Positions 1-8,863 of a DNA stretch of 60,504 bases are shown piece after piece (the stretch's first letter is position 1; every line of letters starts with the position of its first letter). Both the position numbers and the translations under genes were made by a program. The notes beneath the pieces are model-generated. The model ran no database searches. It was not told the DNA's origin and saw nothing but the letters and a program-made list of their open reading frames with translations. Source of the stretch: an uncultured Flavobacteriales bacterium (GTDB taxonomy: Bacteria; Bacteroidota; Bacteroidia; Flavobacteriales_D; JABDKJ01); contig CALFHF010000144.1 in NCBI GenBank assembly GCA_937875855.1, positions 1 to 60,504 on the forward strand. The letters are read 5' to 3'.

Positions 1-191
1 AAGCACTGTTATTCAACACTTTATAGAATTTATTAAGGAGAATAACATTATTTGGAATACTCACTTCAGGCGTTGAAATAAAATAAATCAACAATAGATC
101 CTGTAGAATAAAACAGCAAAAGATTATGCTTAGAAAAGCGTTCTGGGTTGTTTCAGTGTATATTCGCCTTAGAACACTTAAAAATTACATC
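1..191 (+). repeat. Copy A of a ~190-bp non-coding upstream module (second copy at 1161-1350)
   Basis: Manual alignment of 1-191 with 1161-1350. The first 55 nt are identical and overall identity is roughly 90%, with one 1-nt indel. Similarity stops a few nt after each downstream start (ATGAAAAAG). Confidence 0.9.
159..166 (+). promoter_or_regulatory. Candidate Bacteroidota -7 box (TATATTCG, one mismatch to TAnnTTTG) upstream of the 192 start
   Basis: Motif match about 26 nt upstream of the ATG. The homologous position in copy B is a perfect TATATTTG. No clear -33 TTG was found. Confidence 0.3.
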
Positions 192-968
192 ATGAAAAAG
201 AAAGTATTACTAATTGCAGCATTATTCACTGCTGGGCTATGTTTCGCTCAGGACGGATTAACTTCAAAGAAAGGTGTGCCAATTTTACCAGAAGCAGGTG
301 ACTGGGCAATCGGATTTGATGCATCAAGTTTATTAAATTATGGTGGTAACCTTTTGAATGGTAACACAAGCAATGGTTTAGCTCCAATCGGAGACATCAA
401 CGCTAACACTATTTACGGGAAGTATTTTGTTGATGCTAACAAGGCGCGCAGAGGTATGTTGAGATTAGGATTCGGAAGTGATACCGAGAGATCATTTGTT
501 CCTAATCTTACTGCAGATGGAACTGTTGAAGATGAAGCTAAAACAAGCTCATTTAACATTACCGTTGGTGCTGGAACTGAGTACAGAAGAGGAAAAGGAA
601 GATTGCAAGGAGTATATGGTCCTATGGCAATGATTTCTTTAGGTACTTCAGGAACTGAAAACACGTATGGAAATGCTATATCAGCTACCAACGGTGGTGC
701 TAGAACTACTGAAACAAAAGCTGGATCTAGCTTTGGTTTAGCGATTGGTGGTTTTGGTGGTGTTGAATATTTCTTCGCTCCAAAAATGTCTTTAGGTGCT
801 GAAATAGGATGGACTATTGCTTTAAACACAACAGGTGACGGAGAATCAACTTCAGAAGCTTGGGATGGCACTGCTGTTGTTTCAACTACAAGTGAAACTG
901 CAGGTAGTTCTTCATTCGGTTTTGATACAAGACCAAATGGAAACATTACTTTAAACTTCCACTTTTAG
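192..968 (+). CDS. Small outer-membrane beta-barrel (porin-family-like) protein, 258 aa
   Basis: ORF 126..968 trimmed to the internal ATG at 192, which gives a classic signal peptide MKKKVLLIAALFTAGLCFAQ. The protein is G/S/T-rich with alternating hydrophobic strands and a C-terminal aromatic end (LNFHF). It shares the motif GVEYFFAPKMSLGAEIG with the next gene. Confidence 0.8.
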   Translation: MKKKVLLIAALFTAGLCFAQDGLTSKKGVPILPEAGDWAIGFDASSLLNYGGNLLNGNTSNGLAPIGDINANTIYGKYFVDANKARRGMLRLGFGSDTERSFVPNLTADGTVEDEAKTSSFNITVGAGTEYRRGKGRLQGVYGPMAMISLGTSGTENTYGNAISATNGGARTTETKAGSSFGLAIGGFGGVEYFFAPKMSLGAEIGWTIALNTTGDGESTSEAWDGTAVVSTTSETAGSSSFGFDTRPNGNITLNFHF

Positions 969-992
969 TAAGTAGAAATAAGTTTAGAATAA

Positions 993-1017
993 CCTCGACT
1001 TCGGTCGGGGTTTTTTT
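993..1017 (+). terminator. Rho-independent terminator
   Basis: 7-bp stem CCTCGAC / GTCGGGG with a TTCG tetraloop, followed by T7 (1011-1017), 25 nt after the stop codon. Confidence 0.85.
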
Positions 1018-1160
1018 ATGCCCTAAAGTTTCTTGACAAAGGCTCGCAGGCTGCGCTTATTCGATACTCTCACGAATCGCTCATTAACGATAATTTAAAA
1101 TTCACATCCAAGGATTCAAAGAAATAAAGTCACATAAAATTCTTGCTCAGATTATATCTT

Positions 1161-1350
1161 AAGCACTGTTATTCAACACTTTATAGAATTTATTAAGGAG
1201 AATAACATTATTTGGCATACTCACTTCAAGTGTTGAAATAAAATAGATCAACAAGAGATACTGTAGATTTAAACAGCAAAAGATTATGCTTAAAAAAGCG
1301 TTCTGGGTTTTGGAAGTATATATTTGCCTTATAACACATAAAAATTACAC
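1161..1350 (+). repeat. Copy B of the ~190-bp non-coding upstream module
   Basis: See copy A. It sits immediately upstream of the ATG at 1351. Confidence 0.9.
1319..1326 (+). promoter_or_regulatory. Candidate Bacteroidota -7 box TATATTTG (TAnnTTTG)
   Basis: Perfect consensus match 25 nt upstream of the ATG at 1351. The -33 element is not obvious. Confidence 0.35.
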
Positions 1351-2013
1351 ATGAAAAAGACCATAGCCCTGCTATTCATTGCGGTATTCGCAGTTGGATA
1401 TACATATGCTCAGCAGAACAAGCAAGTTGCTGGAAGCAAGAATCTAGAAGTATTGTTCGCTCCACTTGGAGGTAGTCCAATAAGCCTAGGTGGAATCAAG
1501 TTCAGAAGCTTTAGTTCTGAGACTAGTGCTTTCAGAGTTTCAGTATTTGTTGGATTTGACAGTTCTACAGATGTCTCTCTTGGAGGAGGTAGTGACGGTT
1601 TAGGAGAACTGAATTCAACTTCCAGTACGTTTGATTTTAGTGTAAGACCAGGTTTGGAAAAGCACTTCACTGGTACTGATAAGCTTTCTCCATATATCGG
1701 AGGAGAGGTACTCGTTGGATTCAGTTCTTCGACTGAAAAAGACGAAATGTATGCTACTGAAGCATTTGAGAACGAAACGAAGAACGGTTCCCTCACTTTT
1801 GGATTGAATGCACTAGCTGGAGTAGACTACTATTTCGCACAGAATATTTATCTTGGTGCTGAGTTTGGTTTCGGATTCTCTTTTGAGTCAATGATGGATC
1901 AAAAAGAAACATCAACAGCTGAAGGAGCCGAGGACATTATCACACCTAAAGGATCTGGGATTAATCTTGGACCTACTGCAGTTGGTCAAATTCGTCTAGG
2001 TTGGTTGTTCTGA
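1351..2013 (+). CDS. Small outer-membrane beta-barrel protein, 220 aa, distant paralog of 192..968
   Basis: Signal peptide MKKTIALLFIAVFAVGYTYAQ, alternating beta-strand pattern, C-terminal RLGWLF. Shares the motif GVDYYFAQNIYLGAEFG with the preceding gene but is otherwise very divergent. Confidence 0.8.
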   Translation: MKKTIALLFIAVFAVGYTYAQQNKQVAGSKNLEVLFAPLGGSPISLGGIKFRSFSSETSAFRVSVFVGFDSSTDVSLGGGSDGLGELNSTSSTFDFSVRPGLEKHFTGTDKLSPYIGGEVLVGFSSSTEKDEMYATEAFENETKNGSLTFGLNALAGVDYYFAQNIYLGAEFGFGFSFESMMDQKETSTAEGAEDIITPKGSGINLGPTAVGQIRLGWLF

Positions 2014-2030
2014 TTAAAAACAATAACCTA

Positions 2031-2900
2031 ATGAAGACTACTATTCGAAGATTATTCATAGTTCCTATCTTATTGCTTGCGTTTTCTTGCGGCAAGACGG
2101 ACTATGCACCTGGTACCTCATCTCCTAAAGGATTAAATGACAAGTACACACAGGACAAAATGCAAGCGATGGCCAAGAACATGCCTGACTTAGCATTCTA
2201 TAATGTGGCCATGAACAAAGTGATTACCATTAAGGCTGGTCATGAGAAAGATGGGTTCAGTTTTTCTGACCCTGTTGATGGCTGGAACTATGGCGGCAGC
2301 CCTAACATCACCTTCACCCAGTCACAATCTGGTGGTGGTGTTGTATTCATCGGAAGTCCTACCGCTGGCGGTGGGAGTAATGCCGGTGGAACTGTCGTTG
2401 CAGGTAACACCACATTAGACATCGCATTTGCTTTCTGCTTTACTGTAGATGATGAAGCACTAGGAGTTGATTTCACCGGATTGGATAATGACTTCACCGG
2501 AGTTTCTGGTGTTATCGGAATCTCAGGTGATTTTGATGCGCTTATCAATGGAGAAATCGATCAAGATGCTGACGTAACTGATTACTTCTATGGTTATGCC
2601 ATGTACTTTGTCTATGCTGATGAAGCAAGTGGAACATATGACATCTTGAACTGGTTCGATGATGTCAATGAATCTGCTGACGATTTAGCTGACAAAGGAT
2701 TCTCCTTCGTGTTTGACTTCCAAGAACTAGATATCTATTTCTCTAGTGAAGGAAGCATGAATGTAACAGGAGGTGACATGTCATTTAACGGTAGCTATTT
2801 CGGATTGATTGGCTTCTTTGATGCGCTTCTTGATGGTGAAGAGCCAGGAGAAGCAAGCTTTCAAGAAGTTGACGGTTTTGGCCAAATGGGCTGTGACTGA
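2031..2900 (+). CDS. Acidic lipoprotein of unknown function, 289 aa
   Basis: ORF 2001..2900 trimmed to the ATG at 2031. Lipobox-like LLLAFSCGK. D/E/G/F-rich with an internal duplicated motif (GISGDFDALINGE vs GLIGFFDALLDGE). It starts 17 nt after the preceding stop with no terminator between, so it is likely co-transcribed. Confidence 0.7.
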   Translation: MKTTIRRLFIVPILLLAFSCGKTDYAPGTSSPKGLNDKYTQDKMQAMAKNMPDLAFYNVAMNKVITIKAGHEKDGFSFSDPVDGWNYGGSPNITFTQSQSGGGVVFIGSPTAGGGSNAGGTVVAGNTTLDIAFAFCFTVDDEALGVDFTGLDNDFTGVSGVIGISGDFDALINGEIDQDADVTDYFYGYAMYFVYADEASGTYDILNWFDDVNESADDLADKGFSFVFDFQELDIYFSSEGSMNVTGGDMSFNGSYFGLIGFFDALLDGEEPGEASFQEVDGFGQMGCD

Positions 2901-2921
2901 TTCTGAGAGCTAATCTTATTC

Positions 2922-2953
2922 AAGGCCCCCTCTGAAATGTGGGGGCCTTTTTT
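2922..2953 (+). terminator. Rho-independent terminator
   Basis: 9-bp stem AAGGCCCCC / GGGGGCCTT with a 10-nt loop, followed by a T run. Confidence 0.85.
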
Positions 2954-2978
2954 ATGTCAATTATTCTACCTTGGTATC

Positions 2979-5159
2979 ATGAAATTACCTGAACTTTCTA
3001 TCTCCTTATTATGCATGGCTCTAACATTGTGCATGAGCTCTTGCCAAACCACTCAAGTCGAATCTGAAGAATCTATGGTCCTTACTGCTCCTGTCGCTGA
3101 AAAAAATCCACACCCCCTCACCCATCATGGAGTCACCCGTGTCGATGACTATTACTGGATGAAATTGAGTGATGCTCAGAAAGAAGCCAATGAGCCAGAT
3201 GAGCAGACAAATAAAGTAGTAGACTATCTCAATGCAGAAAATGAGTATCAGAAACAGGTGATGGCTCATACGGAGACTTTTCAGAAAAACCTCTATGATG
3301 AGATGGTAGCTCGTATAGATCAGACTGATCAATCTGTTCCTGTTAAAGAGAATGGATTTTGGTATTACACACGCTTTGAAGAAGGTCAAGACTATCCCCT
3401 AGTATGCCGTAAGGAAGGCACTATGGAGAACCAAGAACGCATCATGCTTAATGGTCCTGCTATGTCTAAAGATCACAGTTATTTCGATATAGGCGGTCGC
3501 AGCGTGAGCGAAGACAACAAGTTGCTTGTATATGGTCTTGACACTGTATCTCGGAGGCAATACACGCTCTATGTGAAGAATTTAAAAACTGGAGATTTAC
3601 TGGCAGATCGCATTGAGAATACCACAGGCGGAGCTACTTGGGCGAATGACAATAAGACTCTTTTCTATACGGTGAAAGACCCAGTCACCTTGAGGTCGTA
3701 TCGCATTTATAAGCATAAACTAGGCACTCCTCAATCAGAGGATGTTATGGTCTTTGAAGAGCAAGATGAAACATTTAGCACTTATGTCTATAAGTCTAAG
3801 AGCAAGAAATACCTCATCATAGGTTCTTTCCAAACCCTGTCTAGCGAATTCCGTTTCCTATCTGCTGATTCACCAGATGGAGACTGGAAAGTGTTCCAAA
3901 AAAGAGAGCGTAATCATGAATATAATATCGCTCATTTTGGCAAAGACTTTTATGTGGTGACCAATGAAAAAGCCAAGAACTTCAAACTCATGAAGTGTCC
4001 AGAAACGGCTACATCTATGGAGAACTGGACTGAGGTACTTGCACACCGTCCTGATGTATTGCTCGAAGGAATAGAGATCTTCAAGGATTATTTAGTGATA
4101 GAGGAAAGGTCTAATGGATTGAATCAAATCCGTGTGAAGCGCTGGGATGGAAGCGCAGACTATTACCTTGAATTTCAAGACCCTGCTTACACTGCATACA
4201 CCAGTTCTAATCCAGAATTCGACACGAAAGTGCTGCGCTATGGCTACACCAGCATGACTACGCCTAGCTCTGTATATGACTTCGATATGATGAGCAAGAA
4301 TCGCACATTGCTTAAGCAACAAAAAGTGCTAGGAGGTCAATTCAGTCCTGACGATTATAGCTCTGAGCGTGTCTTTGTTACAGCTGATGACGGAACGCAA
4401 GTTCCTATGTCTATTGTGTATAAAAAAGGATTCCAAAAGGATGGTACTCAACCTGTTCTTCTTTATGGGTACGGATCATACGGGAACAGTATAGATGCCT
4501 ACTTCAGTTCTGTGAGACTGAGTCTTCTTGACCGAGGATTTGCCTTTGCCATTGCACATATACGTGGTGGTCAAGAGATGGGTAGAGCCTGGTATGAAGA
4601 CGGAAAATTGCAAAAGAAGATGAACACCTTCACTGATTTCATTGACTGTGGAGAGTATCTCGTTTCAGAAAAGTATACGGGCAGCGAGCACCTCTATGCC
4701 ATGGGCGGTAGTGCTGGAGGATTGCTTATGGGAGCTATCATTAATATGAAGCCAGAACTTTGGAATGGAGTGGTAGCGGCAGTTCCATTTGTGGATGTAG
4801 TCACCACTATGCTTGATGAAGATATTCCATTGACCACAGGAGAATATGACGAATGGGGAAATCCGAATGAGAAGCCTTCCTTCGATTATATGCTTAGCTA
4901 TTCACCTTACGATCAAGTGAAAGCACAGAATTATCCTAACCTCTTGATTACTACAGGTTATTGGGATAGTCAAGTACAGTATTGGGAACCTGCAAAATGG
5001 CTCGCCAAATTGAGAGACATGCGTACCAATGACAAGCAACTCATGATGCACTGTAATATGGATGCTGGACACGGTGGGGCTTCAGGTCGATTTGAGCAAT
5101 TCAAGGAGATTGCCTTGGAATATGCTTTCATATTAGACCTTGAAGGAAAAACAAAGTGA
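2979..5159 (+). CDS. ptrB: Oligopeptidase B / S9A prolyl-oligopeptidase-family serine protease
   Basis: 726 aa from the ATG at 2979; the longer ORF-track start lies inside the upstream terminator. N-terminal lipoprotein-like signal (LCMSSCQ), beta-propeller region, and catalytic-serine motif GGSAGGLLMG typical of protease II. Confidence 0.8.
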   Translation: MKLPELSISLLCMALTLCMSSCQTTQVESEESMVLTAPVAEKNPHPLTHHGVTRVDDYYWMKLSDAQKEANEPDEQTNKVVDYLNAENEYQKQVMAHTETFQKNLYDEMVARIDQTDQSVPVKENGFWYYTRFEEGQDYPLVCRKEGTMENQERIMLNGPAMSKDHSYFDIGGRSVSEDNKLLVYGLDTVSRRQYTLYVKNLKTGDLLADRIENTTGGATWANDNKTLFYTVKDPVTLRSYRIYKHKLGTPQSEDVMVFEEQDETFSTYVYKSKSKKYLIIGSFQTLSSEFRFLSADSPDGDWKVFQKRERNHEYNIAHFGKDFYVVTNEKAKNFKLMKCPETATSMENWTEVLAHRPDVLLEGIEIFKDYLVIEERSNGLNQIRVKRWDGSADYYLEFQDPAYTAYTSSNPEFDTKVLRYGYTSMTTPSSVYDFDMMSKNRTLLKQQKVLGGQFSPDDYSSERVFVTADDGTQVPMSIVYKKGFQKDGTQPVLLYGYGSYGNSIDAYFSSVRLSLLDRGFAFAIAHIRGGQEMGRAWYEDGKLQKKMNTFTDFIDCGEYLVSEKYTGSEHLYAMGGSAGGLLMGAIINMKPELWNGVVAAVPFVDVVTTMLDEDIPLTTGEYDEWGNPNEKPSFDYMLSYSPYDQVKAQNYPNLLITTGYWDSQVQYWEPAKWLAKLRDMRTNDKQLMMHCNMDAGHGGASGRFEQFKEIALEYAFILDLEGKTK

Positions 5160-6892
5160 ATTTTCAAGTAGCCCAGGAAAAACGTTGGAGCGTAAAGCCC
5201 GTCCCTTCTGCCGCTGTTGTGGAGGGGTTAGCTGTTGCTATCAACATAAGACCTGAGCTCGCCTCTCTTCTTGTTCAGCGTGGTATTACTGACTTTGAAG
5301 AAGCCAAGAAATTCTTCAGGCCTTCATTAGCAGATTTACATGATCCTTTCTTAATGAAGGATATGTATAAAGCTGTCGATAGATTAATCAAAGCGGTTTC
5401 AGAGAAAGAACATATAATGGTCTTCGGGGATTATGATGTGGATGGGACCACGTCTGTTTCTCTGGTCTATTCCTTTCTTCATGAATTCCATGAGCAAGTT
5501 GTCTATTACATTCCTGACCGATATAAAGAAGGATATGGGTTGTCCTTTGACGGGATAGACTTTGCCCATGACAATGGTATCACTCTGATGATTACGCTAG
5601 ACTGCGGAATAAAAGCCGTGGAGAAAGTGAAGTATGCCAAAGAGAAAGGTATAGATGTCATCATATGCGATCATCACCGTCCTGGAAAAGAGCTTCCGCC
5701 AGCTGTGGCTGTGCTTGATCCTAAACAAGATGAATGCTCATATCCCTATAAAGAATTATGCGGTTGCGGAGTGGGATTCAAGTTCATGCAAGCCTATTGT
5801 ATTAAGAGTGGCAGGAATCAAGACGAGATACTGAAGTACGTAGACATGCTTGCAGTAGCCATAGGAGCTGATATAGTTCCTGTAACGGGAGAGAACAGGA
5901 TATTAATGTACATGGGTCTTCAGAAGATCAATGAAAGTCCCTGTGAAGGATTAAAGGCATTGCTAGGAGTTGCAGGTGTCAAAAAGGAATTAAATGTCAC
6001 TGATTTAGTCTTCATTCTAGCCCCGAGGATTAATGCGGCTGGTAGAATTAGTCACGGGTCGAATGCCGTTGCTTTACTCACTTCACCCAACCCAGAGCAA
6101 CTAGAAGTACTGGCCAAGGAAATAGATTCCTTCAATAGGGAGCGTAAAGACCTAGACAAACAAATCACTCAAGAAGCTTTGCACATTCTCCAAACCGACC
6201 CTAGTTATACCGATATGCAGAGTACAGTTGTCTTCAAAGAGGATTGGCATAAAGGTGTAGTGGGCATCGTAGCTTCTCGATTAATAGAGCACGTCTATCG
6301 TCCTACCATTGTCTTGACCGAGAGTAATGGGATGGCGACAGGGTCAGCTAGATCCATTGCACATTTTGATGTGTATGAAGCTATAGATGCGTGCAATGAC
6401 CTACTGGTGAATTTCGGGGGTCATACACATGCTGCAGGTATGACTATGAAGGTGGAGGCTGTTCCAGAATTCAGGAGAAGATTCGAAGCCTCAGTTAGGG
6501 AGCGAATGCAAGAAGAATGGTTAATTCCTGAGTTACAAGCCGACCTTGAGATTTCCTTAGCTCATTTAGATTCCAAGTTCCTAGGCATATTGAAACAGAT
6601 GGGACCATACGGACCAGGGAATATGAATCCCGTCTTCTATTCTCAGCGATGCAAAGAAAAAGGCTGGGCCAAAGTAGTAGGTGAAGACCATTTAAAACTA
6701 CAGATTATAGCTGAAGGCATGAATCATCCCATAGATGCTATTGCCTTCAAGCAAGCACATCATCTGGATACGGTCCGTGCGGGAAAACCGTTCAGCATTC
6801 TATATACCATTGAAGAAAATGAATGGCAAGGGATGGTCAAACTTCAACTGAACATCAAGGATATCAAGGCTGAGAAGAACTCTTGGGAATGA
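5156..6892 (+). CDS. recJ: Single-stranded-DNA-specific exonuclease RecJ
   Basis: DHH-family motifs (FGDYDVDGTTS, ICDHHRP, GGHTHAAG). The GTG start overlaps the ptrB stop (GTGA). Confidence 0.9.
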   Translation: MNFQVAQEKRWSVKPVPSAAVVEGLAVAINIRPELASLLVQRGITDFEEAKKFFRPSLADLHDPFLMKDMYKAVDRLIKAVSEKEHIMVFGDYDVDGTTSVSLVYSFLHEFHEQVVYYIPDRYKEGYGLSFDGIDFAHDNGITLMITLDCGIKAVEKVKYAKEKGIDVIICDHHRPGKELPPAVAVLDPKQDECSYPYKELCGCGVGFKFMQAYCIKSGRNQDEILKYVDMLAVAIGADIVPVTGENRILMYMGLQKINESPCEGLKALLGVAGVKKELNVTDLVFILAPRINAAGRISHGSNAVALLTSPNPEQLEVLAKEIDSFNRERKDLDKQITQEALHILQTDPSYTDMQSTVVFKEDWHKGVVGIVASRLIEHVYRPTIVLTESNGMATGSARSIAHFDVYEAIDACNDLLVNFGGHTHAAGMTMKVEAVPEFRRRFEASVRERMQEEWLIPELQADLEISLAHLDSKFLGILKQMGPYGPGNMNPVFYSQRCKEKGWAKVVGEDHLKLQIIAEGMNHPIDAIAFKQAHHLDTVRAGKPFSILYTIEENEWQGMVKLQLNIKDIKAEKNSWE

Positions 6893-6898
6893 GCTTTC

Positions 6899-8077
6899 TT
6901 ATTTGAAAGCTGCAATTCCTGTGATGTCCATTCCAGTAATCAAGAGATGAATATCGTGTGTTCCTTCATACGTAATCACACTTTCTAGATTCATCATATG
7001 ACGCATAATTGGATATTCATTCGTGATACCCATAGCGCCATGAATCTGCCTCGCTTCTCTAGCGATTTTCAATGCCATGTCTACGTTATTACGCTTAGCC
7101 ATGCTAATCTGTGCTGAAGTAGCTGTACCAGCCTCACGTAATTGACCAAGTCTGAATGTTAAAAATTGTGCTTTGGTAATTTCTGTGATCATCTCAGCGA
7201 GTTTCTTCTGTTGCAATTGGAACGCAGCAATAGGCTTCCCGAATTGTATACGCTCCTTCGCATACCTCAGTGCAGAATCATAACAATCCAAGGCTGCACC
7301 AATGGCGCCCCATGCAATTCCATAGCGCGCTGAATCAAGACAACCAAGTGGCGCGCCTAGTCCGCTCTTGTTAGGAAGTAGATTTCCTTTGGGAACCTTG
7401 ACATCAGCAAATACAAGTTCTCCTGTATTTGAAGCACGCAGTGACCACTTTCCATGAGTTTCAGGGGTAGTGAATCCTTCCATACCTCGTTCCACGATTA
7501 ATCCATGGATTCTACCTTCTTCGCTCTTAGCCCAAACTACGGCCACATCACAGAAAGGAGAATTACTAATCCAGAGTTTAGAGCCATTGAGTAAATAATG
7601 ATCGCCCATATCCTTGAAATTGGTAGCCATGCCAGCAGGGTTACTTCCATGATCAGGTTCAGTGAGGCCGAATGATCCAATGAACTCTCCTGAAGCAAGT
7701 TTGGGCAAATAGGTATGTCTCTGCTCTTCAGAACCGTATTTCCATATCGGATACATGACCAACGAACTTTGCACAGAGGAGGTAGAACGCAGACCAGAAT
7801 CACAACGCTCTAATTCTTGCATAATCAATCCATATGAGATCTGATCTAGTCCTGCTCCACCATATTCAACAGGAATATACGGGCCAAAACCTCCTATAGA
7901 AGCCAAGCCCGGAATGACCTGCTTAGGGAAGGTACCTTTCTCGAAATATTCTTCGATGATTGGAGACATCTCCTTCTTCACCCATGCTCTAGCCGAGTCA
8001 CGCACAAGTTTGTGCTCATCACTGAGCAGCTCATCCATTTGATAATAATCATGTCCTTGATATAGGTCTGTTCGCAT
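6899..8077 (-). CDS. gcdH: Glutaryl-CoA dehydrogenase (acyl-CoA dehydrogenase family)
   Basis: 392 aa. Long stretches resemble GCDH as I recall it (SVQSSLVMYPI, FGLTEPDHGSNP, ARYGIAWGAIGAA, NLESVITYEGTHDIH). Confidence 0.8.
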   Translation of the reverse strand: MRTDLYQGHDYYQMDELLSDEHKLVRDSARAWVKKEMSPIIEEYFEKGTFPKQVIPGLASIGGFGPYIPVEYGGAGLDQISYGLIMQELERCDSGLRSTSSVQSSLVMYPIWKYGSEEQRHTYLPKLASGEFIGSFGLTEPDHGSNPAGMATNFKDMGDHYLLNGSKLWISNSPFCDVAVVWAKSEEGRIHGLIVERGMEGFTTPETHGKWSLRASNTGELVFADVKVPKGNLLPNKSGLGAPLGCLDSARYGIAWGAIGAALDCYDSALRYAKERIQFGKPIAAFQLQQKKLAEMITEITKAQFLTFRLGQLREAGTATSAQISMAKRNNVDMALKIAREARQIHGAMGITNEYPIMRHMMNLESVITYEGTHDIHLLITGMDITGIAAFK

Positions 8078-8136
8078 TTTCTAGAGTTTAAAGCGGTGCA
8101 AATCTAAAGAAATAGCTTTGGTCACTGAGTGGGTCT

Positions 8137-8850
8137 ATGAAAGCTTCTACAGCTATCTTTGCCGCGCAGGTCAGAGCTATGGAGGGAATCGAACGCAGTG
8201 CACTTATTCTTGGGAACACCTGGATAGTATTGACCATTCTATTCAGCATGATGCTGCTTGCATACGTACACAAGGCCTATCCTGCTCGATTCGGGAAATT
8301 ATTTAGAGCCACCTTCAATGAGCGTATCACACGACAAGTAATGAGGGAGGAAATGGTATTCTCTCACAGGGCCACTTTGATTTTAATGTTGATTGCTGGT
8401 ATCGCCACATCTTTGAACTTAGAACTTTTAAGAGCTAATTTGAATGAATCGACTCCCAATATTGGATACTTTTTCGTGATTTTCTTGCTACTTGCAGCTG
8501 CTTATTTTGCCCGCCAAGGCATGAGAGCATTATTGAATATTCTTCTGAGTTCGAAGTCAGGTTTAACCGAATTTAATTTCGTTTCCTCTCTGATTTACAA
8601 GGTTTTAGGATTGGTTTTGATTCCAATCGCGGTGATTAGTTCATTGGTTGAAAAGAAGCTCTCCTTGTACTTTATGGGCCTCTTCTTAGTATCAATGATC
8701 CTAGCCGCTTTATTCCGCTGGTATAGAGCTTGGAGAATAGGAAGACATGCAGGAGGGGCGGTATATCATCTATTGATTTATCTTTGCACTCTTGAAATCC
8801 TCCCATTGCTTGTAATAATCAAGGGAGTGATTGAAGATAGTTCAATCTGA
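8137..8850 (+). CDS. Multi-pass membrane protein (DUF4271-like)
   Basis: 237 aa with about 6 hydrophobic segments. It lies directly upstream of the HemD-like gene, as is typical in Bacteroidota. The family name is from recall only and the start is uncertain. Confidence 0.6.
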   Translation: MKASTAIFAAQVRAMEGIERSALILGNTWIVLTILFSMMLLAYVHKAYPARFGKLFRATFNERITRQVMREEMVFSHRATLILMLIAGIATSLNLELLRANLNESTPNIGYFFVIFLLLAAAYFARQGMRALLNILLSSKSGLTEFNFVSSLIYKVLGLVLIPIAVISSLVEKKLSLYFMGLFLVSMILAALFRWYRAWRIGRHAGGAVYHLLIYLCTLEILPLLVIIKGVIEDSSI

Positions 8851-8863
8851 GCAAAGGATAGCA

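Noticed and set aside
126-191. N-terminal extension or upstream ORF MLRKAFWVVSVYIRLRTLKNYI inside the conserved module. The copy B equivalent is MLKKAFWVLEVYICLITHKNYT*, whose stop overlaps the ATG at 1351.
   Set aside because: The 1-nt indel makes it in-frame with the gene in copy A but a separate ORF in copy B, so no consistent coding relationship is preserved. The MKK... starts give canonical signal peptides. The candidate -7 box lies inside this ORF.
1-191. Interpretation of the conserved module as a MITE or other mobile element
   Set aside because: No terminal inverted repeats or target-site duplications are visible. Both copies occupy the same position and orientation relative to a start codon, which fits a regulatory cassette better.
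413-946. 177-aa minus-strand ORF (and 1410..1796 minus, 2288..2548 minus)
   Set aside because: Fully antisense to well-supported OMP and lipoprotein genes. P/S/V-rich low-complexity translation typical of the shadow frame of G/S/T-rich genes.
2937-2978. Longer ptrB start (MWGPFLCQLFYLGI...)
   Set aside because: It begins inside the rho-independent terminator hairpin of the upstream operon. The ATG at 2979 gives a proper signal/lipobox.
8088-8306. Small ORFs 8088..8273 (minus) and 8118..8306 (plus) near the gcdH / DUF4271 promoter region
   Set aside because: They overlap each other and the better-supported 8137..8850 membrane-protein frame, and have no recognisable features.
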